Source: an uncultured delta proteobacterium
GTDB lineage: Bacteria > Desulfobacterota > Desulfobacteria > Desulfobacterales > JAHEIW01
DNA: 64,000 nucleotides
Assembly (NCBI GenBank): GCA_963706575.1
Contig: CAVPNL010000006.1
Coordinates: forward strand, 416,001-480,000
Reading direction: 5' to 3'
A model generated the notes under the pieces. That model worked only from the letters and a program-made list of their open reading frames with translations, ran no database searches and was not told the DNA's origin. This document shows, in pieces, positions 38,490 through 47,626 of this stretch; the stretch's first letter is position 1; each line of letters opens with the position of its first letter. A program made the translations under genes and the position numbers.

Positions 38490-39266
38490 ATGAAAGATTT
38501 AATTGTTGAGATAAAGAACGTCTGTTTTGCCTACAACGGGAAAACGGTACTCGAAGACATCAGCCTGGATATCCGGCAAGAAGATTTTATTGCCATGATC
38601 GGTCCCAACGGCGGGGGCAAAACCACCCTGTTGAAACTCATGCTGGGTCTGCTTAAACCGGATAAAGGTTCTATCCGGGTCCTGGGAGATACCACCGAAA
38701 AGGCATCTCACCACATCGGTTACGTGTCCCAGGACGTTCACATCAACCGCAGCTTTCCTATAACCGCTATGGATATCGTTCTTATGGGCAAGCTGAAACC
38801 CAATAGAAGAAGGGCCAAAAGTTCCGCTCAGGATCACGAGGAGGCCTTCGACACCCTGAAGCGAATGGAAATTGACGCATTTGCGGACAGCAAAATCGGT
38901 GAGCTTTCAGGCGGTCAGCGCCAGCGCGTTTTTATAGCCAGGGCGCTGGTTACCCAACCAAAAGTGCTGCTTCTGGATGAACCCACGGCCAGCATCGATG
39001 CCAAAGGCCAGGCTGAATTTTACCGATTGCTAAAAGCTCTAAATAAAGGCATACCGATTCTTGTGGTTAGCCACGATCTCGTGGCGATTTCAACCTACGT
39101 CAAATCCGTTGCCTGTGTAAACAAGCGGCTGCATTATCACAACCAGGCGGAAATTACCGGTGAGATGCTGGAAGAGATGTACCCCTGCACCGATGAGGAT
39201 GTCTGCCCGGTCGAACTGATCGCCCACGGGCTGCCTCACCGGGTTTTGAAACATCACCAGGACTAA
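38490..39266 (+). CDS. znuC: Zinc ABC transporter ATP-binding protein
   Basis: GPNGGGKTT, LSGGQRQR, LLLDEP and SHD; C-terminal Cys/His tail. Confidence 0.9.
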   Translation: MKDLIVEIKNVCFAYNGKTVLEDISLDIRQEDFIAMIGPNGGGKTTLLKLMLGLLKPDKGSIRVLGDTTEKASHHIGYVSQDVHINRSFPITAMDIVLMGKLKPNRRRAKSSAQDHEEAFDTLKRMEIDAFADSKIGELSGGQRQRVFIARALVTQPKVLLLDEPTASIDAKGQAEFYRLLKALNKGIPILVVSHDLVAISTYVKSVACVNKRLHYHNQAEITGEMLEEMYPCTDEDVCPVELIAHGLPHRVLKHHQD

Positions 39267-39282
39267 GCTCAGGGCCTTGCCC

Positions 39283-39427
39283 TATTGGAATGTTGGAAGA
39301 ATGGGCACGAAGTGAAGCTTTAGCGCTATTGCGGGATGATGAATTTTAAGAAAACGGAATTCAAAGCGCATAATTTCGCATTTATTTTCTTGTTTCTATA
39401 CCCAATATTCCAGTATTCCATCATTCC
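39283..39427. repeat. Palindromic octamer repeat element (ATTGGAAT/ATTCCAAT-like arms) inside the znu operon
   Basis: tattggaatgttggaagaatggg ... cccaatattccagtattccatcattcc. Confidence 0.7.
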
Positions 39428-39504
39428 TTGTGTTTTATAAATGAACATGACCACAAAAAGTAATATCGTTCCAGTAAGTTGTTCAAGTTCCGAGACATGG
39501 ACTT

Positions 39505-40350
39505 ATGTTCGAAGCACTGCAATATGAATTTATGCGTAATGCACTGGCTGCCGGATTGCTGGCCAGCGTCATCTGCGGAATAATGGGAACCCTGGTGGTG
39601 GTCAATCGGATTGTTTTTCTGTCCGGCGGGATTGCCCATGCCGCCTTTGGTGGGATTGGCCTATCCTTTTTTCTGGGTTGGCATTATCTGGTCGGCACGC
39701 TCGGATTTTCCATTGCGGCTGCGATGGTTATGGCGGCTGTCAGTCTGAAAGCCAAACACCGGGCCGACACCATTATTGGTGTTATCTGGGCGGTCGGGAT
39801 GGCGCTTGGCATCATACTGCTGGACTTGACTCCCGGATATAATGTGGATCTGATGAGCTATCTGTTCGGCAGCATTCTGACGGTTCCGGGATCGGATCTA
39901 TGGGTTATGCTGGTGATCGGTGCGTTCATTGGCGGTTTTGTGATATATTTTTATAAAGATCTGCTGGCGATTTCTTACGATGAGGAATTTGCCCGGATTC
40001 GAGGGGTGCCGATTCGCGCGCTTTATTTTGCGCTCATCGGCATGTTAGCCGTAAGCATTGTGCTAATTATCCAGATCGTGGGTTTGATTTTGGTGATTGC
40101 GCTGCTAACCATTCCGCCGTTCATGGTCGAAAAGTATGCCAAATCCCTTTTTCAAATGATGATGGGCTCCAGTCTGCTAGGGGCTGTATTTACGATCTGC
40201 GGCCTATGGCTGTCCTACGCTTTTGATTTGACATCAGGCGCATCCATCATTCTGGTTGCCGGTATTGCCTTTTTCCTTTTCTTTTTGATTGACCACCTGG
40301 TCGTCAGCCGCCGGCAGAATTCAAAACAGGTTCCCACCGCCCGCTCATGA
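39505..40350 (+). CDS. znuB: Zinc ABC transporter permease
   Basis: FMRNAL.AG, GIAHAAFGG, SYLFGSIL, YDEEFA..G and VGLILVIALL. Confidence 0.9.
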   Translation: MFEALQYEFMRNALAAGLLASVICGIMGTLVVVNRIVFLSGGIAHAAFGGIGLSFFLGWHYLVGTLGFSIAAAMVMAAVSLKAKHRADTIIGVIWAVGMALGIILLDLTPGYNVDLMSYLFGSILTVPGSDLWVMLVIGAFIGGFVIYFYKDLLAISYDEEFARIRGVPIRALYFALIGMLAVSIVLIIQIVGLILVIALLTIPPFMVEKYAKSLFQMMMGSSLLGAVFTICGLWLSYAFDLTSGASIILVAGIAFFLFFLIDHLVVSRRQNSKQVPTARS

Positions 40351-40359
40351 GGAGTTAAC

Positions 40360-40809
40360 ATGTGCCACCAATGTGATTATTCTGAACTTTTAAAGGCCTG
40401 TGATCTGGGGGTAACCCGTAACCGCCTTCGCGTTCTGGAAATAATCGGCAGCCATAACTTCCCACTTTCTGTCGCTGAAATACACAAAACCCTGGGGCGC
40501 AACACTTCGATCAATCGTGTGACGGTCTATCGGATACTTGATTTGCTCGTGGAGCGTGGATTGGTCCAACGGCTGAGCGGTGGCGGGCGCTCATTTGTTT
40601 ACGGTCTGGCCCCCAGCGATTATCATCCGGCACACCCGCATTTTTACTGTAAAAGCTGCGGCCATCTGGAATGTTTAAAACCGCAGAGTCTTAAGGTGGA
40701 CACCAAGCCAATGCAACACACCTTCCCGGGCCTAATCGAGAACGTAGAAGTGCGTGTCGACGGTGTCTGCCAAACCTGCCTGCAAACTAATAAAAATGCG
40801 CTTCATTAA
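40360..40809 (+). CDS. zur: Fur-family regulator, probably Zur
   Basis: T.NR..VL, TVYR.L, HPHFYC..CG and GVC..C; located in the znu operon. Confidence 0.8.
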   Translation: MCHQCDYSELLKACDLGVTRNRLRVLEIIGSHNFPLSVAEIHKTLGRNTSINRVTVYRILDLLVERGLVQRLSGGGRSFVYGLAPSDYHPAHPHFYCKSCGHLECLKPQSLKVDTKPMQHTFPGLIENVEVRVDGVCQTCLQTNKNALH

Positions 40810-40837
40810 ATACAAATACCCACAGGCGATCATCCAA

Positions 40838-40880
40838 ACACACAAAGGCAGAACCATTAAACGGTTCTGCCTTTGTGTGT
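40838..40880. terminator. Intrinsic terminator hairpin after zur
   Basis: ACACACAAAGGCAGAACC...GGTTCTGCCTTTGTGTGT, perfect 18-bp stem. Confidence 0.75.
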
Positions 40881-41125
40881 TGTTTGGTTAAACTGGTTTC
40901 TGAGGTTTTAGTTTTTGTTCGCTGGCCCCCGCTGGCAAGCGGGATTTCACTTCTTGATCTTATACATTATGGAGTTCAAAAGGCTTGAGGAAGAGAATTA
41001 GCGGGGCTAACTGCTGAGGATTGAAAATATTCAGACATAGAATAAATGCGAATTCTATTGTCAAATACGAATAACGAATAACCAATAACTGATAACTAAC
41101 AAAAATTTTTTCAAAAAAATTTTTG

Positions 41126-43618
41126 TTAACCGCATTTATTGAAACCACAGAAATGACAGAGTATGCAGCCTTCCTCGAAACTGACCGTTTGACCACATTC
41201 CGGACACTTTTCACCCATAAGGCTGTATTGGGTCTTGTGATTTGCCATAACGGCATCCTCGGAAAGGTATCTTTTTTCCAGTACCCGGGCGATGGCATCG
41301 GGGATCGACAGCACCAATCCGCCATTTTGAAAGACCGGATGCTCACCACTGATACCTTTCAACTGATCCACGATGTCATCTACTTTTACGCCCGATCTCA
41401 GCGCCAGGGACGCCAGGCGGCCGATGGCTTCGGTCTTGGCGGTGGTGGATTTGCCGGATTTGCCGATGGTGGCAAAGACTTCAAAGGGTTTATTGTCATA
41501 TTCAGTGACGGTCACATAAAGATGGCCATAGCCGGTTTTCATCTTGGTGGTGAAACCATCGAGGGTCTCCGGTCGTTCTTTGACGGCCGTCATGAATTTG
41601 TTCCCGAGCTTTTCTTTGCGAGAAAATGATAATACCTGGTTTTCTTTGCTGCCGTCCCGATAAATGGTTACACCCTTGCAGCCCAGTTCATAGGCCAGAT
41701 TGTAAACTTTCATGACGTCGTCCACAGTGGCATCGTGAGGCAGATTAACGGTCTTGGATACGGCATTATCCGTGTAATTTTGAAAAGCTGCCTGCATGCG
41801 AATGTGCCAGTCCGGTGACACATCATGGGCGGTGACAAATACTTTACGCACATCTTTTGGTATTTGTTTGATTTTTTTGAGGCTGCCTCTTTTGGCAATT
41901 TCATCCATCAATTCACGGCTGTAAAAGCGCCGGTCATTGGCCACCTCTTCAAAATAGGGATTGACTTCCAGCAGTTTGTCGTTGTCCATTACATTGCGCA
42001 CAAAACTCAGTGCAAACAGGGGCTCGATGCCGCTGGAGCAGCCGGCGATAATGCTCAACGTACCGGTGGGAGCGATGGTGGTGCAGGTGGCGTTGCGCAG
42101 TTTGAGGCCCTGATCTTTGTATATGCTTTTTTCCCAGTTGGGAAATACCCCGCGCTCCTCCGCAAGATTCTGGGACGTTTCGTGGGCGTTTTCCTGCAAA
42201 AAACGCATGACCGTTTCGGCCGTCGCCAGCGCCTCCTCTGAGTTATAGGGAATTTTTAGCTGGTAGAGCATATCGGCAAACCCCATAACGCCCAGGCCGA
42301 TTTTGCGATTGCCGTGAACCATTTCATGAATTTCCGGCAGCGGGTATCTGGACATGTCGATGGTGTTATCTAAAAAACGAACTGTCGCGCTAACCAGCGC
42401 TTTTAACCCTTCATAATCGATCACCGGTCCGTCACCGTTTTCCAGCACAAATTTAGCCAGGTTGATCGATCCCAGATTACAGGCTTCCATGGGCAGCAGC
42501 GGCTGTTCGCCGCAGGGATTGGTGCTTTCGATATCACCCAGTTGCGGTGTGGGGTTGTCCTGGTTGATACGATCCAAAAAAATGATACCCGGATCTCCGT
42601 TTTTCCAGGCTTGCTTTACCAGGGTCTGATAAACCCCGGCAGCATTCAACGTGCCTACCGCACTTTGATCACGGGGGTCGATCAGGCTATATTCTTCTTC
42701 CTTGGCAGCGGCTTCCATAAATTTATCGGAAACGCCCACAGAAATGTTGAAATTATTGAGCTCGCTGTTGTCTTCTTTGCTGAATATGAATTCCATGATA
42801 TCCGGGTGATCCACCCGTAAAATTGCCATATTGGCCCCCCGGCGGGTACCCCCCTGTTTGACCTGTTCGGTGGCGGTGTTAAAAATTTTCATAAACGATA
42901 CCGGACCTGAGGCCACACCGCCGGTGGTGCCAACGGTGCTGTTTTTGGGGCGCAGCCGTGAAAACGCAAAACCGGTTCCGCCGCCGGATTTGTGAATCAG
43001 GGCGGCATGGTGCAGAGCCCCGAAAATGCCTTCCATGCTGTCCTCGACCGGCAGGACAAAACAGGCGGCCAGCTGCCCCAGCCGGCGTCCGGCATTCATC
43101 AGGGTAGGGGAATTGGGTAGAAATTTACCTTCGGTCATTATGGCATAGAAGGTTTCCTCCCACATTTCGACCTGTTCGTTGGATGGTTTGCCGTAATTTT
43201 TCTCCGCCTTGGCGATGTGTCGAGCCACCCGCCGAAACATTTGCCCGGGGGTTTCAATTACCTTGCCCTTGTGGTTTTTTTTCAAATAGCGTCTTTTTAA
43301 TACCCGGGTGGCATTTTCGGAGAGATTCAGGCGGTTTTTGATAAAAATCGATTTATCCAGGCGAATCGGTGAAGGTTTAGTCAGCCCGAATTCCATTAAC
43401 TTGGCTTCGATCATTTTTTCGATAAACGAGACCGGGATGGTGCTAATTTCCAGTTTGGAAATATCTTCACGCAGGGACTGGCTGATACCCAGGGCCTGAT
43501 CGGTGTCAATCGGATTTTCACGGATGAGAATATCGCTAAAAAGCTGATCATCCCAGGTGTAGGTGCCCAGATCAAAACTGCCTTCGTTGGTAACTAAAAA
43601 TTTGCCTTTCTGCCCCAT
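41126..43618 (-). CDS. nrdJ: Vitamin B12-dependent (class II) ribonucleotide reductase with C-terminal TSCPD/Zn-ribbon region
   Basis: FLPNSPTLMNAG, ACFV, GGGTG, QGG.RRGANM, TNPCGEQPL, CNLGS, IAPTGT, CKGVT.YRDG and CPECG...EGC..C..CG. Confidence 0.95.
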   Translation of the reverse strand: MGQKGKFLVTNEGSFDLGTYTWDDQLFSDILIRENPIDTDQALGISQSLREDISKLEISTIPVSFIEKMIEAKLMEFGLTKPSPIRLDKSIFIKNRLNLSENATRVLKRRYLKKNHKGKVIETPGQMFRRVARHIAKAEKNYGKPSNEQVEMWEETFYAIMTEGKFLPNSPTLMNAGRRLGQLAACFVLPVEDSMEGIFGALHHAALIHKSGGGTGFAFSRLRPKNSTVGTTGGVASGPVSFMKIFNTATEQVKQGGTRRGANMAILRVDHPDIMEFIFSKEDNSELNNFNISVGVSDKFMEAAAKEEEYSLIDPRDQSAVGTLNAAGVYQTLVKQAWKNGDPGIIFLDRINQDNPTPQLGDIESTNPCGEQPLLPMEACNLGSINLAKFVLENGDGPVIDYEGLKALVSATVRFLDNTIDMSRYPLPEIHEMVHGNRKIGLGVMGFADMLYQLKIPYNSEEALATAETVMRFLQENAHETSQNLAEERGVFPNWEKSIYKDQGLKLRNATCTTIAPTGTLSIIAGCSSGIEPLFALSFVRNVMDNDKLLEVNPYFEEVANDRRFYSRELMDEIAKRGSLKKIKQIPKDVRKVFVTAHDVSPDWHIRMQAAFQNYTDNAVSKTVNLPHDATVDDVMKVYNLAYELGCKGVTIYRDGSKENQVLSFSRKEKLGNKFMTAVKERPETLDGFTTKMKTGYGHLYVTVTEYDNKPFEVFATIGKSGKSTTAKTEAIGRLASLALRSGVKVDDIVDQLKGISGEHPVFQNGGLVLSIPDAIARVLEKRYLSEDAVMANHKTQYSLMGEKCPECGQTVSFEEGCILCHFCGFNKCG

Positions 43619-43878
43619 TGCGCTGCTCCTGATTCAAGAAAATGATGTTTATTGGAAAATGGAATTGGACACTGCCTTGCCACCGTATTTAGGGAATAAA
43701 AACCCTCAGCTATCTAAGCGATAGCCATCTTTCACTGTATTGCTTTGAGGAATTGTAACCCAATTGAAAAGACGTGATACGGCTAAATGGAAATCGTTTC
43801 GCTGCAAAAAATTGGATAATAATTATCCGCTTAGGATCGCTCTGACCAGAGCCCAGGATGATCCGGTTTTCCGAATTA

Positions 43879-43926
43879 GCCTATCATATAGTGCAGTTAT
43901 CATTTATCTCATACAATATGTTGTAT
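43879..43926. promoter_or_regulatory. Tandem NrdR boxes upstream of nrdJ
   Basis: ATACAATATGTTGTAT (43911-43926) and weaker GCCTATCATATAGTGC (43879-43894), 32 bp apart, matching acaCwAtATaTwGtgt; minus-strand TTGACA at 43926-43931. Confidence 0.72.
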
Positions 43927-44051
43927 GTCAAGGAAAAATATAACGCCGTTTTGCGGTTACTAGTCATTTGCTGGGCAAATACCTAGTATTAAATCAGAGA
44001 ATTAAAAGGAATGATGGTTAAATTTTCCAGGCGGGCAACATTTATCATGGT

Positions 44052-44085
44052 AAAAAAGGGCAGGGCCTGTTTGGCCCTGCCCTTT
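44052..44085 (-). terminator. Intrinsic terminator of the porin-lipoprotein operon
   Basis: GGGCAGGGCC..GGCCCTGCCC stem followed by T6 on the minus strand. Confidence 0.8.
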
Positions 44086-44161
44086 AAACGAAACACCTGT
44101 AGGGGCCGGCTAACTTACCTTAGCCGATCAGGTCTGGAAGCATCAGAGTGAATTCAACAGT

Positions 44162-44650
44162 TTATTGCCCCTGTTGCTTTTTCCATTCCTGATAGGCCTT
44201 CCATTCCTTCCACTCCAGGAATTCCTGATATTCGGCTTTCCCCTTTGCCGATTTTTTCCATTCCTGAAATTCCTGGAAACTTTTTTGCTCTTTTTTCCAT
44301 TCCTGAAATTCCTGGAATTCCTTGGCCGCTTCAGGTGTTACCTGAGGTTCTTTGGATGTCTGATCAGTAGCCACCCGGGTTGTTTCAGAAGGCTTGCTTG
44401 AAGCTGCCTGGGCCTCTTCGGAAGCTTCCTCGGATTTCTCCTGCTGACGCTTCCAGAAGCCCCCCCCTTTCTTGGAGTCATAGATGGTAAATTCGCCTTC
44501 TTCCCCGGTAAAGACACCGGGACCTTCCTTCATTTCGCCGGCGGTTTGCTCGAATTCCGCGGGCCGGCCTTTGGCCCCGCAGCCTATAATCAGCGCCGCT
44601 GCCAGAACGATCCCAAAAAATGTTGTCAGGGTTAATCTCACGTGACGCAT
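44162..44650 (-). CDS. Putative lipoprotein with C-terminal (F/Y)QE(F/W) repeats
   Basis: Lipobox LIIGC; EFQEFQEWKK..SFQEFQEWKK..EYQEFLEWKEWKAYQEWKK. Confidence 0.7.
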   Translation of the reverse strand: MRHVRLTLTTFFGIVLAAALIIGCGAKGRPAEFEQTAGEMKEGPGVFTGEEGEFTIYDSKKGGGFWKRQQEKSEEASEEAQAASSKPSETTRVATDQTSKEPQVTPEAAKEFQEFQEWKKEQKSFQEFQEWKKSAKGKAEYQEFLEWKEWKAYQEWKKQQGQ

Positions 44651-44663
44651 AATAACCTTTCTC

Positions 44664-45764
44664 TTAGAATTTTACCCGGCTGCCGATCATGACTGCGTGC
44701 ACCTTTTCTAGACCGTTGACGCCTTCACGGTCCAGATCGTGAAGGCGATAAGAGCCGTAAAGCTCCACGCTATTCCAGGGATTCCACACGGCGGCGGCCC
44801 CGTAAGACGTAGCCTCATCATTGATAGCGCCCACATCTTCTGAGTAGGTATAATCAACCGAGAAGGCCCATTTGTCAAATTTATAGCCCAATTTGCCATA
44901 GAGGTTATAGGGTTCGTCATCACCGGGTGTATCATAGCGGTTAGCGCCGGAAAATGTCAGATTTAATCCGGAGCTGTGCAGAAAAGAGATCGAACCGCTG
45001 TATTGCCTATAGGAATCACGGTTTGTATCAGCGGGCAGCCAGCTGACTGCGGCCGCAAGCTTGCCGAAACCATCCCATTCCATCGCAAAGCGCCCGGCAA
45101 GGTCATAGGATTGGCCGTTCATGTAACTGGCTGAAAAATAAACCGGGCCGAACTTGGGCGTATCGTAGCGGATGCGGTCGCGACGGCTGAATCCGTCAAA
45201 GTTGTTGAAAGCATCAGCTATGGAGACGACAATGACATCATCGTCGGTGCGAAAATAGAACGCGCCGGCTAGGTCTTCGATGGACGAATAGTTGACCACC
45301 GTGGTGCCGGACAGGTCCACTTCCGATGTGCCGTTTGAGGCGGTGTCGCCCTGGCCTAAAGAAATTTTACCGAATTTACCATGCTCGACGTAAATGTCCA
45401 TATGGCGCTCGGTGAAAGTGACATTGCCGAGGTCGCCATTTTCACCGATATCGAGGTCCCCGACGCCATTACCGTCGTCGTCGTCATCGTCAACAGAAGA
45501 ATTTGACTCCATCTGGTTTTCCCATATGAAGCCGACTTTCCAATTTTCATCAAATTCATTGGACCCCGTAAAACGAAAACGGGTCGATGAGTTTTCATTG
45601 TCCACGAATTTGACATCGTCGTTATTGCCGTTGTCGCCCCAGAGGACGGCGCGGTTGACCTGCCCGGAGACCTTAAAATCGACCGCCTGGGCTGCAGGTA
45701 GAATAAACAGGATGGTGATTGCCATTGTCAATGTAAAAATGCCTAATTGTGAATATTTCTTCAT
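44664..45764 (-). CDS. Outer-membrane porin (Gram-negative porin family)
   Basis: Signal peptide, SGQVNRA, STRFRFTG, FGKISLGQG, R.RYDTP.FG and terminal F. Confidence 0.85.
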   Translation of the reverse strand: MKKYSQLGIFTLTMAITILFILPAAQAVDFKVSGQVNRAVLWGDNGNNDDVKFVDNENSSTRFRFTGSNEFDENWKVGFIWENQMESNSSVDDDDDDGNGVGDLDIGENGDLGNVTFTERHMDIYVEHGKFGKISLGQGDTASNGTSEVDLSGTTVVNYSSIEDLAGAFYFRTDDDVIVVSIADAFNNFDGFSRRDRIRYDTPKFGPVYFSASYMNGQSYDLAGRFAMEWDGFGKLAAAVSWLPADTNRDSYRQYSGSISFLHSSGLNLTFSGANRYDTPGDDEPYNLYGKLGYKFDKWAFSVDYTYSEDVGAINDEATSYGAAAVWNPWNSVELYGSYRLHDLDREGVNGLEKVHAVMIGSRVKF

Positions 45765-46237
45765 CTTAAACGCCTCCTATTAATTAGGGATTATTTAAAT
45801 CGGCATTAATTAATGCCTTATTTTTCTATTTGATTCACCTCCTTTCCGTTACGGGTTTTTTAACAACGTATAAACAAGCAGCCTTAATCTCTATCGGATG
45901 CTGATGAGCATTTAATACGTGTGCGTAAATCTATTGTCGCAGATAGATGACGGCTGCAAAAGGCCGTGCGGCAACAGGTTTGATTCAGCGTGTATATTGG
46001 ATTCGCAAACAAAGACCCGATACCTTTAATTTGTACAATTATTTCGGTATCAAAAGGAATCGTTTTGATCAATATTTTTTGTACCGCATTGTGGTGTTGA
46101 CTTGCGTGTTTGGATCTGATTTCGCCCCGAATGGCCAGGGTAAATGTTTGAAGTTAGGAAAATGTTAAATTCAAATTTAGACCTTCAACACCTGCCACGA
46201 TCAGATGGATAGGACCCCGGGCGGCGAGCTTCAAATT

Positions 46238-46642
46238 CTATGCAGGCGTGTTGGGGGCATTTTCAGAATCTGCCAACACCGACTCAACAAATTTCAGAAT
46301 CTTTTCACTGTTCCAATCATCTTTGGGGATCAGATATTCCACACCGCATGCTGCGGCTGCCGCCTGATATTCAGGCGAATCAAAACCTGCAAATGTGGCA
46401 ATGATGATTTTCGGATAAGAGGCCTTGATCTTTTTGGCTAAATCGAAACCGCTGATATCCGACAAATAAATGTCGATAAAGATCAGCTGGGGGGCAAATG
46501 CGGCCACCTTTTGAAGTCCTTCAGCCCCGGAACCGGTCTGCTGGATTTCAGCTGCCGGAAAGCGGGCGAAAAGGCTTTTCCCCAGGGATTTGCGAAACAA
46601 CGTATTTGAATCAATGATCAAAATTTTAAACATATCCATCAT
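46238..46642 (-). CDS. Single-domain response regulator (receiver)
   Basis: ILIID, PQLIFIDI.L.D.SG and YLIPK. Confidence 0.75.
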   Translation of the reverse strand: MMDMFKILIIDSNTLFRKSLGKSLFARFPAAEIQQTGSGAEGLQKVAAFAPQLIFIDIYLSDISGFDLAKKIKASYPKIIIATFAGFDSPEYQAAAAACGVEYLIPKDDWNSEKILKFVESVLADSENAPNTPA

Positions 46643-46811
46643 GGCTTTACTAAAAAAAAACATCATGATAAATACAGTAAACACTGTATATTCGGCGCAA
46701 TAACGCAGTATATTTTATGAAGCATAGTAGGGCCACGCTGTATATGCTGCCATCATTGAGCGCGGTTTGCCCTGTATCTTGAAACCCTGGTGTCGTAAAC
46801 GGCGGCGCAAT

Positions 46812-47468
46812 ATGGATAAAAAAGTCAGAATTGTCCTGGCGGAGGATCATACCATTTTAAGGGAAGGTTTGCGGGCCCTGTTGTCCGCCGACACCAAATT
46901 TGAAATCGTCGGTGAAGCCGCTGATGGACGCCAGGCTGTTCGGGCGGTTGAAAAGCTGGGCCCGGACCTGGTGATGATGGACCTGTCAATGCCCCGAATG
47001 ACGGGCATGGACGCCATCAGAGAAATTAAAAAGCGGTATCCTGAGACGAAGATAATTGCCCTGACAGTTCACAAAACCGAAGAATATCTGCGGACGACGC
47101 TGCAGGCCGGAGCGAATGCCTATGTCTTAAAAGATGCCACTCGCGACGAGCTTTTAATGGCCATTGAAAACGTCTTGCAAGGCAAAACCTATCTCAGCCC
47201 GGGGGTGTCCGAGAAGGTGATAGAAGGGTATTTGGAAGGAAAAGAGAGCCGTCTGCCCAGTACAACCCTGGGGTTGCTCTCGCCCCGCGAGCGGGAGGTC
47301 TTAAAGCTGATCGCCGAAGGATATAAAAACAAAGAAATTGCCGTCGATCTTTGCATCAGTTTAAAAACCGTTGAAAAACACCGGGCCAACCTGATGAAAA
47401 AACTGGATCTGCACAATGCCGCCGCGCTGACGGCGTATGCCATTGAGCAGGGGCTGGTAGAATACTAG
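46812..47468 (+). CDS. NarL/FixJ-family response regulator
   Basis: LAEDH, MMDLSMP, YVLK, and LSPREREVL..IAEG..NKEIA..L.IS.KTVEKHR LuxR HTH. Confidence 0.93.
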   Translation: MDKKVRIVLAEDHTILREGLRALLSADTKFEIVGEAADGRQAVRAVEKLGPDLVMMDLSMPRMTGMDAIREIKKRYPETKIIALTVHKTEEYLRTTLQAGANAYVLKDATRDELLMAIENVLQGKTYLSPGVSEKVIEGYLEGKESRLPSTTLGLLSPREREVLKLIAEGYKNKEIAVDLCISLKTVEKHRANLMKKLDLHNAAALTAYAIEQGLVEY

Positions 47469-47470
47469 CC

Positions 47471-47626
47471 GGATTTCGGAATGGGGATTTCGGATTGCGG
47501 ATTTGTTGAAAGAAGGAAAATGACGAACTCGTTGCTATTTTTTGTATCATATATCAAAACAGCAAAAAAATAACCAAATAACGTTTTATTTTAAAATCCC
47601 AAATCCGCAATCTGCAATCCGAAATC
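47471..47626. repeat. Palindromic heptamer repeat element (GGATTTC/GAAATCC-like arms) between the convergent RR and HK
   Basis: ggatttcggaatggggatttcggattgcggattt ... aaatcccaaatccgcaatctgcaatccgaaat. Confidence 0.75.

Noticed and set aside
43619..43880. Cobalamin riboswitch in the long nrdJ leader
   Set aside because: I could not find the B12-box or the conserved GGGAA/ACTG core by eye; NrdR boxes explain the regulation. An Rfam scan would be decisive
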